The position numbers were made by a program, and so were the translations under genes. From IMG/VR virus record IMGVR_UViG_3300027295_000004: a DNA stretch of 64,000 nt. The stretch is one strand, 5' to 3'. The notes beneath the pieces were generated by a model. That model did not search any database and had not been told where the DNA came from. It was given only the letters and a program-made list of their open reading frames with translations. Shown here one piece after another: positions 55,390-64,000 of this stretch (position 1 is its first letter; each line of letters begins with the position of its first letter). Source of the stretch: a virus. Its lineage: Duplodnaviria; Heunggongvirae; Uroviricota; Caudoviricetes.

Positions 55390-58300
55390 TCGGAGAAAGT
55401 GCCATATAACCTTGATGTATTTCTGGAATGCGTGTGCCGCTAAGTGTTACCACTTCGCAACAACCACTACCAACAGATGACATCTGTTCCCATGTTCTAC
55501 CACCAATACCAGGACTATCTGATCTCAATTCAATAAATGAGATTGGATTTACGATACAATTCTTTTTAACTGGATCATAAGATCCCATCGATGCCCAAGA
55601 CCAGCACCAGCTATTTTTACACATATCAGATCCAATGATTGTGTCAAGAGATACTCTTAGTTTATCAAGATTTGCATACAGATGCTTAATTACCCGATTG
55701 ATAACGTCTGTAAATACAAGCTCATTTTGTCCAATGAAACATTGGCTGAAATCGAATTGCGGTAGTTCTGCTGTCAACATCGGTTCCATATCAATAGATA
55801 TATTACCAGCAAGATCGATGCTTCTCACATATTTGGAATGTATGTTTTTGGCGAGCAATTCGAAATTATCTTTGATTCTGTTAAATACGACATTATATAC
55901 CCAGTCTTGAATCAAATCTTGTTCTTCGATCAAAATATCATCAGCTTTCCATAGTGCACCTTCAATATCATTTATAATGCTCTTGATTGAAACAAAATCT
56001 GTATTTTTATAGATTGATCGGGTGTCGATAATATAAACGCCTCTACCATACTGACAGATGCTATTGAGTTGAGTTACATATGGCGTATATAAAGGCATAA
56101 AATATCCGAGATAATACCCCTGAGACGTAATCTTGGATATGTGTGTATTATATACGATATAAATTATACCATCATCAATATTATTAGCATGTATTTTAAC
56201 AGGAGTGCCTGCAAAAGGATTGGCGATGCCTGATATTGTGCTAACATATTCGCCTGTGTTATTGAATGTGTATATCTGGCCATCTGCTGTTAATACATAT
56301 ACATTCGCTGCAGTATCTGTAGTGATGGATACTAAATTATTCTTCATTACCCATTCCCCGTGAGAAATGTTATAGAAGTATTGCATCTTATCATTATAAA
56401 CTTTAATGACATCATTATTCTTGTCAATCACGTATATCTTGCCTAGATTATAATGGATATCAGTCGGGGTGTTAAATCGATATGGGCGATGAGCATTGCC
56501 CAAACCACCGATTTTGTTTAAAAATGTAAACGTTCCAGTACTATATTCGATGCTGTAGACATATACGCAATGATTCGCGGTGTCTGTTATGTATATTTCT
56601 CCATCGTCATTAATAGCAATGGAGTCTAGCTTCCCTACGTAATCTTTTTCTCCGACGAGATTAGTATCGTTTAATTTTCTCGAAAGTCGATCCAAATCAT
56701 ATATTTTAATACTATCCGTGATTGTATTATCTGTATTCCGATCAATTACAATTAATCTATCATTGTATATCTTGGCATCTTGTACGTCATGAAATTCAGT
56801 AGCGTCGAATTCTGGGAAAACATTAACCCAATCTGATTCGGATACATCATTCCAACGATGGCCTTTGCTATTCTCCGCTCCTAACCATTTATTAAACAAT
56901 ACTGGCAACTTGGTATCATTAAGTTTTGATTTATTGATCAAATAATCAAAATTAGCAAGCAATTTCTTGAGTGAACTATTAATATTATTAGCATTGGCAA
57001 TCTCGTTTGGTGCTACATAGATTTGATCCAAACTATAAGGGAATATTAATTGTTCGTTGTATGTTCGTGCATTTTTGTCAAACGTGTCAAATGCATTAAC
57101 TACATTGATAGCTCTATCATATTTCGATTCAATTGTCGTTTGAATTGATGATAGGAGCCCGTATGTATTCGCAGATACGGAGATAGAATATACACCAATG
57201 TCATTAAGGTTGTTAAACGCAAACGTTTCAGTTGATGCTGGATATACTTGTGTCTGGCCATTAAATGTTATTGATATCGAGCCCAATCCATAATCAGCAC
57301 CACCACAGTTTGTATTTTTGTAATAATTTTTGATTGTCAATGCAGACCCAATAGCATAATAATCTTCATCCCAGAATAGATTGAATGTTGGTATCTTAAT
57401 CGCCGTAATTGTGTCTACTCTTGTAGATGTTGTTGTTTTACCAATTTCTACAGAATTGTACGCATTAGTTACTATTGTATCTGTAGATGTGATAGCCAAG
57501 ACGGCACAGTTGTATGAGTCTGGATCTGTGATGATATTATCAGGAATTGTAATGGTGTTATTGTTAAATCCAGAGACTAAGCTATACTCAATCGGTCCAT
57601 ATGTTATTGATTGTTGTGTATCCAGACTACGAATGTTTACATATGAGGTAGTAGTACCCCCAACAACATATTCGCCTTTATTATTTGAAGTAAATACAGC
57701 TGCATCATATAAACTACTAATTGAATCCGAATAAAAATATACATCTGCAGGCTCTGCTGATATCACAGGCGTTGCCAAATCGATAAATTGCAATGGCTTG
57801 AAATAATCAGACGTGACGCTAGAGTTTGCTGTATAAATTACATTATTGCGATCTTGTAGTAAGTTAATTGCATTTTTAACATTGACATATGCAGTTTTAT
57901 TATCATCATAATCCGCTCTCGATGTAAGAGCAGTTAATGAAGGGACTACATCTAGCTGTAGATAATACCCCTTGACAGATATAGCAGATAATGTACCCGC
58001 AGTTCCTTTGATTGTGGCTGATGCAATTGGTGAATTGGTTACATATTCCTTTTCGTTTCCAATGGTCCATGCATATGTTTTATATCGTGTTCCGAACGAG
58101 CTTAACACAAGTGTTTCTGTATGGCCATTTCCAACGGTTGTTAATTGTGTATTAACTGTTATTGAGTTTAGAGTGTTGACTGCTGACGGTCCTTGGTTGG
58201 TAAATGTATTAACCGTCCACACCTTTGCACTGAGCTCATTGACAGATGCTTGTGGTGATACATATACATAGAGTGGTTTTGACTTCAGAATAGCATACTC

Positions 58301-61300
58301 TCCATTTTGATATGTAAATTTTGATGATAAATTAAACGTACCAATGCCGGCGGATAATCCAGATAGTGTAGAGGATGTAAATACCAATTTTTGCGTCGCA
58401 GATGCGACTGAGTATGTAGTAGATAATGCAGATGTTGATATCCATCCATGTTCGACTTGTGGTACAGTCAACGGAGTTAATTCTGCTGTAAATGGTTGTG
58501 TTATTGAGCTCAATACGACAAGCGTATTAATTGTATCAATATTGCCAATATAGAATGCAGATCCGGCAGTACCTGCGATTGCAATATTAAATTTAGAATA
58601 GAATATATCTTGACTTGGGAAATAATTAACTGGCAATTGTATTACTTGCGTTGGTGCAATACATGCTGGGGTGTGGAATGTTTGAATAGTAAGTCGATCT
58701 TTTTCTGGTGCAACTACATTGAGAGTTTTAGGCATCAATGTTTTGACTTTGTAATAGGCCGTGTTTCTATTGTCAACACCCAAAGGAATTTCTTGCTCAT
58801 TATTTCCGTTATTGTCACATTTAAATAAAAGCGAAACACCTCGGATGCTGTCGACATTAAATGTGGTATTCTCGTATACTGGCGGATTATAGATTCTATT
58901 GTTTTTGATGAAGTAGTTTCTTAATAGAAGACTATTATCAATATCACTATCATATGATACAACACTAAGTCTGCTAACAACAGTACTGCTGTAACTGTAT
59001 TGAGGTGTTAATAGATTTGTTGTGTTGTCTTGACCTAAATCCGGGTAATATATCATTTGCCCTGTCAAGATATTATTAGTAACTCCATAGTTTGACAAGG
59101 AAGCTCCTGTAACAGAAACACTGACAGTTATTGGATTAACTCCAATTTTATCAATTATAATTTCATTAGCATATGTTGCTTGTGTTTTGCTATGCGATGC
59201 AATTGTTTTTACAATTGGTGTTCTGGTGAATGTATTTGGTATTTCTGTAGGCTCGAGCGCATACTCTACAACATTAGTGTATAGAGGTAATGTTTGGAAA
59301 CTTACATATGGCATCGCAGACATATTCACTACATTTGATGTGCCTGCTGCTGCGGTTATTGGTATAAATTTCGTTGTTGCATACGTTCCGTCAATATCTA
59401 AGAATTGAACATTCCAAATAATAGAGCACGCGCTCGCACTACTGGATGCAAGCATATCTTCGATCGCAGGTAATGCTTTAATTCTGACAGAGTCCGTAGC
59501 ATCATCATCTGTTGTATGATAAAAATTCAACACCATTGAATTATATGCTGCTGTTGGATACACAGTAAACGGATCCGCTCTATATTGTAGCTGTCTGCCT
59601 AATTTAGGTGATTTATAGATATATGTTTTTGATTCTTTGATTGGTGTGGTGATATCATCATATTGGCATCCAATAACTTGTGAGTACATCTTCAATTCAT
59701 AATCAACTTCTACTGGCGAATCTGGTGGTGTGATGATGCAGAATTTAGATGATAGAGGGACAAGCGCGGAGGTGAATCGATGTGTTTGTGGGTTGAGTGT
59801 TAAAATTCTGCCGTCATATGGCTCAATAGTCGCGCCTATGGTTTTGTCGTAAATTGTATTGCCTGTCGAATAACGAATATTCAGCATACCGACTTTATTA
59901 TCGATCAGGTTAAAATTGCGGAAAAAGTTATTAAATACAGTCTCATTCGCATTGGTGTTAAATGCATATACATACTCAAACAATGTGCCAAGTTCTTTTT
60001 CTGCAGTTGCAAGATAATACGCAATCGATATGTAATTTGTGCTACTATAATTTGGATTCAACGTCCCTTTGATTAGCGTTGGATAATCAATCGCAGTTTT
60101 GATTAGCGATATCTCATAATTGAATCTAGCGTAGTTTTGATCGGCGTAGTATTTAAGAATTTCGTCATATTTCGTTTGTGTTATGGCACCGCGGCGCAGT
60201 GTGTCTTTAAATGCCTTGACATACAAATCAAATACAGTCTCAAGACCAAGACTGAATATCAATTTAACAATATTCAAATTGGTACCCAAATATGCAGGAT
60301 TACTTAATGTTAATGACGAAGCAACATCATATGCGGCAGGCCAGGCTGCAAAGACAAAGCTCTTGGTCAACAAATCTATGATAACGTTATATTCCTCTGC
60401 AGTAATACTTGTGCTTCCGATTAATTTGCCAATACTGAATAAATCATTTGTCAATACAAAGCTGAGAGTATCATTTCCAGTAGACCCTGCAGCTGCTAGA
60501 GATGAGAGAACGGGGCTCAGTTCCGCACACAGACTTTCAATTGGAGTCTTAAATTCATTCGCAGTACTACTCGACGTCGACTGCAAGATATATGCACGAC
60601 ACTCTTCATTAAACGTGGTCTGTACATTTTTGAAATAATTGCCTGTTGTGGTGAGCTTGTAGAATATTTCAGTATCGAAATCATCCAGGGATATGCTCGA
60701 TCTCGATACTCCAGCCAATTCTTTTATTGTTTGCTGTATGAGATTAATGAATACTTTAGCACCGCCATTAATAAATGATATAGATTGATCAAATATAGAT
60801 GTTTTAATTGCGGTATTTAATCCGTACAATTGTAATGCAATTTTATTATCATCGTATAAATCAGATGCATCTGTTTCATAGAACAATGCAACATCTCTTA
60901 ATGACATTGACAGATCTCCTGACAAGAATGCAGTTTGAGCTGAAATCGCACTAGTTTCGACTTGATATGTTTGGTTTGCAGATCTTCTTAGTTCGTATGG
61001 ATATGTTATGTCATACACATTCATAGACACTTCATATGGTGTTAATTGCCCGTTTGATTCAATTTTATATACAGATAGAGTCGGTGTTTGAGTTCTATTG
61101 TCTACTTTAGTAACCGCACCCAAGCAATTGAATTGCAAGTAGCCATAATATGCATCGCTTGAAGCGAATGGTAGTATTGTAGTGCCGTAATTGCTAACTA
61201 TATGTGGTGTAATAAAAGCAGAATTGCTTGTCACAGCTGTTCTAGCACTTAGGGTGTTAAACACCATTTGAAGCCCGTTGACTTTTGATGTATTGGTATT

Positions 61301-62797
61301 TGAAGTTATTGTACTTGTGTATGTGAATAGCCACAGTGGCGTATTTGTCGAGCTGAATGAAATCGACGAAACGGCATTAAATGAAGTTAATGCATTCAAA
61401 CCAATTTGTATCGATGATGCGTAATTATACGCCTTAATCGATGTGATTGTTGATGGATATGTTGGGTAGTCGTTTCTGTCTACAATCGATGACAAATTAT
61501 ATACGCTAACATCGTATCTTGCAAATACATTATTGCCTACAGTTCGTACACTTTTATCAATCAGGCTCAATTCATGATCGTTAGGAGATTGGCCAATTAC
61601 TTGATACGTAGGATAGCCAGCAAAATCGTCATACTTGTTATCGTAAAATCCACGCAACAGCGCATTTCCTGTAAGTTTATATCCCGTGTTTAAGAAAAGA
61701 GCAAACGCACCAGTTTGATAATTAATAACACTTGTTGCGCTGTTAACAAAATATTCATTGAAAATTGGGTCCCTCCCTACAAGGTTACCAGAGACTGGAT
61801 TAGCTCCCGTCATAGGAATGTCCCGCACAAATGCAGTTCCAGAGCTGATAACAGGGACTGTAACGGATGACAATTCTTTTAGCAATGTTTCGCGATATCC
61901 CGAACTATATCCATATGTTGCAGGTATTTCATCGAACGTATACTCACTATCTTTATAGAGAGGGCTGTCGTATGAAAATTCTAGAACAATGCTACCAGGC
62001 AGCAATTCTTCGCCTAGTGATTGTGACGCACCTGCTACTGATAATAAGTTATTCGAGAAAGACGACGCACCGTCTACTGTGGTTGCTACATTTACATCAA
62101 CATGGCGATATACTTTTGGTGTGTTGATAATAGCACTTAACGCACTGATTTGATTCGTTGTAATTGGTGTATAAGATGCAGGCGAAACTGCATAATTCAA
62201 AAATGCAAAATTATATGGCGATGTATTTGCTTGGCCTGTTTCTAAAGTGCTACTTGTAAATAAGTCATATTCCCAATTTCTTAATCTCGCAGATAAATCG
62301 AGACGACCCGATGCAATAATTGCTGATGGTTCCCTATTGTCTGTATATGTTAAATGCGATGGTATAATGTAATATGCAGACCCTGCCGTTAGTGCCATAG
62401 ATGCCAACTGATCTTGTTGCTGCCCTTCTGTTCCTGAAAATGTAAATATCGATTTATTAAATATTCTACTAGTAAAAGTCGAATGATCGTTAAACGGCAA
62501 ATAAAGCCCGCTTGTTGTTGATTTGATTGTAAACGACGGCACCCCAGATAGTGTTGACTGTGCCAATTCTGTAATAACAGCTTCGACTGTTGCACCTGTT
62601 GTATATGTAAGTCGCGGCACAATTACTGCATTTAAAGATGCGGAATTGTGTATTCCGTCAATATTAATCGCAATCGTAAGAGGCGTATATCCCGCAATTG
62701 AATAAATGGGGCCCGAACCAGTAGTCGATAGTGCTGAATGCGTTACTCTGAACGATTCATTTGGCCAAGCAGTTAATGTCGAAACTTCTACAAACAT
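55325..62797 (-). CDS. Giant structural protein (2490 aa) with NHL/beta-propeller-like repeats near the C terminus
   Basis: Uninterrupted 7.5-kb ORF; YxxD/IYVxD repeat units. Confidence 0.6.
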   Translation of the reverse strand: MFVEVSTLTAWPNESFRVTHSALSTTGSGPIYSIAGYTPLTIAINIDGIHNSASLNAVIVPRLTYTTGATVEAVITELAQSTLSGVPSFTIKSTTSGLYLPFNDHSTFTSRIFNKSIFTFSGTEGQQQDQLASMALTAGSAYYIIPSHLTYTDNREPSAIIASGRLDLSARLRNWEYDLFTSSTLETGQANTSPYNFAFLNYAVSPASYTPITTNQISALSAIINTPKVYRHVDVNVATTVDGASSFSNNLLSVAGASQSLGEELLPGSIVLEFSYDSPLYKDSEYTFDEIPATYGYSSGYRETLLKELSSVTVPVISSGTAFVRDIPMTGANPVSGNLVGRDPIFNEYFVNSATSVINYQTGAFALFLNTGYKLTGNALLRGFYDNKYDDFAGYPTYQVIGQSPNDHELSLIDKSVRTVGNNVFARYDVSVYNLSSIVDRNDYPTYPSTITSIKAYNYASSIQIGLNALTSFNAVSSISFSSTNTPLWLFTYTSTITSNTNTSKVNGLQMVFNTLSARTAVTSNSAFITPHIVSNYGTTILPFASSDAYYGYLQFNCLGAVTKVDNRTQTPTLSVYKIESNGQLTPYEVSMNVYDITYPYELRRSANQTYQVETSAISAQTAFLSGDLSMSLRDVALFYETDASDLYDDNKIALQLYGLNTAIKTSIFDQSISFINGGAKVFINLIQQTIKELAGVSRSSISLDDFDTEIFYKLTTTGNYFKNVQTTFNEECRAYILQSTSSSTANEFKTPIESLCAELSPVLSSLAAAGSTGNDTLSFVLTNDLFSIGKLIGSTSITAEEYNVIIDLLTKSFVFAAWPAAYDVASSLTLSNPAYLGTNLNIVKLIFSLGLETVFDLYVKAFKDTLRRGAITQTKYDEILKYYADQNYARFNYEISLIKTAIDYPTLIKGTLNPNYSSTNYISIAYYLATAEKELGTLFEYVYAFNTNANETVFNNFFRNFNLIDNKVGMLNIRYSTGNTIYDKTIGATIEPYDGRILTLNPQTHRFTSALVPLSSKFCIITPPDSPVEVDYELKMYSQVIGCQYDDITTPIKESKTYIYKSPKLGRQLQYRADPFTVYPTAAYNSMVLNFYHTTDDDATDSVRIKALPAIEDMLASSSASACSIIWNVQFLDIDGTYATTKFIPITAAAGTSNVVNMSAMPYVSFQTLPLYTNVVEYALEPTEIPNTFTRTPIVKTIASHSKTQATYANEIIIDKIGVNPITVSVSVTGASLSNYGVTNNILTGQMIYYPDLGQDNTTNLLTPQYSYSSTVVSRLSVVSYDSDIDNSLLLRNYFIKNNRIYNPPVYENTTFNVDSIRGVSLLFKCDNNGNNEQEIPLGVDNRNTAYYKVKTLMPKTLNVVAPEKDRLTIQTFHTPACIAPTQVIQLPVNYFPSQDIFYSKFNIAIAGTAGSAFYIGNIDTINTLVVLSSITQPFTAELTPLTVPQVEHGWISTSALSTTYSVASATQKLVFTSSTLSGLSAGIGTFNLSSKFTYQNGEYAILKSKPLYVYVSPQASVNELSAKVWTVNTFTNQGPSAVNTLNSITVNTQLTTVGNGHTETLVLSSFGTRYKTYAWTIGNEKEYVTNSPIASATIKGTAGTLSAISVKGYYLQLDVVPSLTALTSRADYDDNKTAYVNVKNAINLLQDRNNVIYTANSSVTSDYFKPLQFIDLATPVISAEPADVYFYSDSISSLYDAAVFTSNNKGEYVVGGTTTSYVNIRSLDTQQSITYGPIEYSLVSGFNNNTITIPDNIITDPDSYNCAVLAITSTDTIVTNAYNSVEIGKTTTSTRVDTITAIKIPTFNLFWDEDYYAIGSALTIKNYYKNTNCGGADYGLGSISITFNGQTQVYPASTETFAFNNLNDIGVYSISVSANTYGLLSSIQTTIESKYDRAINVVNAFDTFDKNARTYNEQLIFPYSLDQIYVAPNEIANANNINSSLKKLLANFDYLINKSKLNDTKLPVLFNKWLGAENSKGHRWNDVSESDWVNVFPEFDATEFHDVQDAKIYNDRLIVIDRNTDNTITDSIKIYDLDRLSRKLNDTNLVGEKDYVGKLDSIAINDDGEIYITDTANHCVYVYSIEYSTGTFTFLNKIGGLGNAHRPYRFNTPTDIHYNLGKIYVIDKNNDVIKVYNDKMQYFYNISHGEWVMKNNLVSITTDTAANVYVLTADGQIYTFNNTGEYVSTISGIANPFAGTPVKIHANNIDDGIIYIVYNTHISKITSQGYYLGYFMPLYTPYVTQLNSICQYGRGVYIIDTRSIYKNTDFVSIKSIINDIEGALWKADDILIEEQDLIQDWVYNVVFNRIKDNFELLAKNIHSKYVRSIDLAGNISIDMEPMLTAELPQFDFSQCFIGQNELVFTDVINRVIKHLYANLDKLRVSLDTIIGSDMCKNSWCWSWASMGSYDPVKKNCIVNPISFIELRSDSPGIGGRTWEQMSSVGSGCCEVVTLSGTRIPEIHQGYMALSPNGSVLSLGGNSSILSLYSLSS

Positions 62798-62822
62798 CTC
62801 TAATATTTAGATGACGTATTGT

Positions 62823-63992
62823 TTATTCCCACACGATTTTGTTTAGTTTAGCACCAACGGGTGTTATCTTCGTCAATGCCTTGCAAATAGCGTCCTCAAT
62901 TGATTCTTTTAAATCTTCACTATCCAAGTCGCTATTCAAAATGCGTATGTTGAAAATATTTGACTTAAACCCAGGAGTCCTGTGCGTATTGAACCTATCA
63001 ATCGTCTCTATATATTGCCTTGTCGGTGCCGTGACGTTAAATTCGACTGGGGTGAATTTAAGTTTCTTTCTAGATAACACCAAGACATCTCTTTCAGATA
63101 GTGCGCAGGAATAAACTCTAATGTCATCGATCTTGCCCACCATAGTTGGTTTTTTATCTAAAAGCCATGTATATTCCTTTGTATCGTGACTATCGTTTGT
63201 GTTGCCAATATAAAATGTATTTTTATTAGTATAATCCAACATGTATTGGCCCTCCGCAAATGAAATACTATCTATTGTTTGCCCATCGACATATAGTCTG
63301 GCGACTCCATTAGCAGAATCAAAAGTAAGTGCTAAGTGGTGCCATCCTCTCGACAATGCGTTTGTAGGTGCTATAAGTTCTTTTGCCGATACGGATGTTC
63401 CGTTTGTAATTTTGAAATTGGCTGTAATATAATTTTTGTCATCCAAGCCAGGATTTAACAATTTGGCATCGCGATAAAAATTATATTTTGTGCAATATTT
63501 TGCGAAAGTCAAATTCAATTTGTTACGATCTCTGCCTGGATAATTGCCTGTGCTGAAATAATCGGTTGGTTTAATTATTTTCTCAAATCTGCCAGACGAA
63601 GAATATTTTATGATCGATTGTTTGTCCATAACCCAAATGAAATCCTTCCAACCAGAATTGGTGAGTTCACGAGTTATTGCTAATTTTTTAGGCCCGGAGG
63701 ATATATACGGGTATGTTCTTTTTAGTAAAATACTACCGTCTTTGTCAAAATGGTAAAGTGTATCATCTTTGATCATCCACAAATTAAGATCACCATCTAC
63801 TTTCAGATCGTCTGGTGATGTAATATGCAAAATGTAATTAATGTTATTTTTGATCAGGTTGCTTCCAAAATGATGCCAGTAGTTCCCGCTTAAATCCTCA
63901 AATGCTGTAGTACCAATATATGGTTGTATATTTGATGCACTGTCTATAAAAAATCCAGTAATATCAAATCCCTGCAGTGTTGATAATGGCAA
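62823..63992 (-). CDS. LamG/ConA-like jelly-roll domain protein (may extend upstream beyond the window)
   Basis: GWHHLALTFDSANGVARLYVDG, a LamG-like motif. Confidence 0.5.
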   Translation of the reverse strand: MPLSTLQGFDITGFFIDSASNIQPYIGTTAFEDLSGNYWHHFGSNLIKNNINYILHITSPDDLKVDGDLNLWMIKDDTLYHFDKDGSILLKRTYPYISSGPKKLAITRELTNSGWKDFIWVMDKQSIIKYSSSGRFEKIIKPTDYFSTGNYPGRDRNKLNLTFAKYCTKYNFYRDAKLLNPGLDDKNYITANFKITNGTSVSAKELIAPTNALSRGWHHLALTFDSANGVARLYVDGQTIDSISFAEGQYMLDYTNKNTFYIGNTNDSHDTKEYTWLLDKKPTMVGKIDDIRVYSCALSERDVLVLSRKKLKFTPVEFNVTAPTRQYIETIDRFNTHRTPGFKSNIFNIRILNSDLDSEDLKESIEDAICKALTKITPVGAKLNKIVWE

Positions 63993-64000
63993 GAAAGTAT

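Overview
This 64-kb window reads as part of a large tailed dsDNA phage genome of the marine T4-like, jumbo-myovirus or cyanomyovirus kind. The evidence is the hallmark gene set together with compact bidirectional coding: phoH, thyX, class I ribonucleotide reductase nrdA/nrdB, ATP-dependent DNA ligase, RNA ligase, a 2OG-Fe(II) oxygenase, HNH endonucleases, a giant 2490-aa structural protein and about 30 tRNA genes. An outer-membrane beta-barrel protein, lipoproteins and a PEP-CTERM-like protein point to a Gram-negative host, and start codons generally lack Shine-Dalgarno motifs.

Layout:
- 1-5480: tandem array of 11 full and 1 partial paralogous minus-strand genes encoding 22-aa leucine-rich-repeat-like proteins, separated by identical 23-nt spacers.
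- 5.5-24 kb: mostly minus-strand small genes, including an HD ppGpp hydrolase, an RNA ligase with an N-terminal tRNA-binding domain, an SPFH protein, lipoproteins, a metallophosphoesterase, thyX, an HNH endonuclease and a RecA-like ATPase.
- 24.9-33.3 kb: a plus-strand tRNA supercluster of about 31 genes covering all 20 amino acids, interrupted by a few small or AT-rich ORFs. Several of the tRNAs are structurally non-canonical.
- 33-44 kb: plus-strand genes including a DNA ligase, a DEDDh exonuclease, a sugar epimerase-like protein, and an nrdA gene fractured by a split intein with a free-standing HNH gene between the two halves, followed by nrdB.
- 44-64 kb: minus-strand phoH, a nuclease-like protein, a 2OG-Fe oxygenase, an AT-rich glycosyltransferase-like cassette and large structural proteins (Fn3-like, beta-helix, NHL-repeat, LamG).

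Everything here was done by eye. tRNA coordinates and anticodons were folded by hand and should be verified with tRNAscan-SE or ARAGORN.
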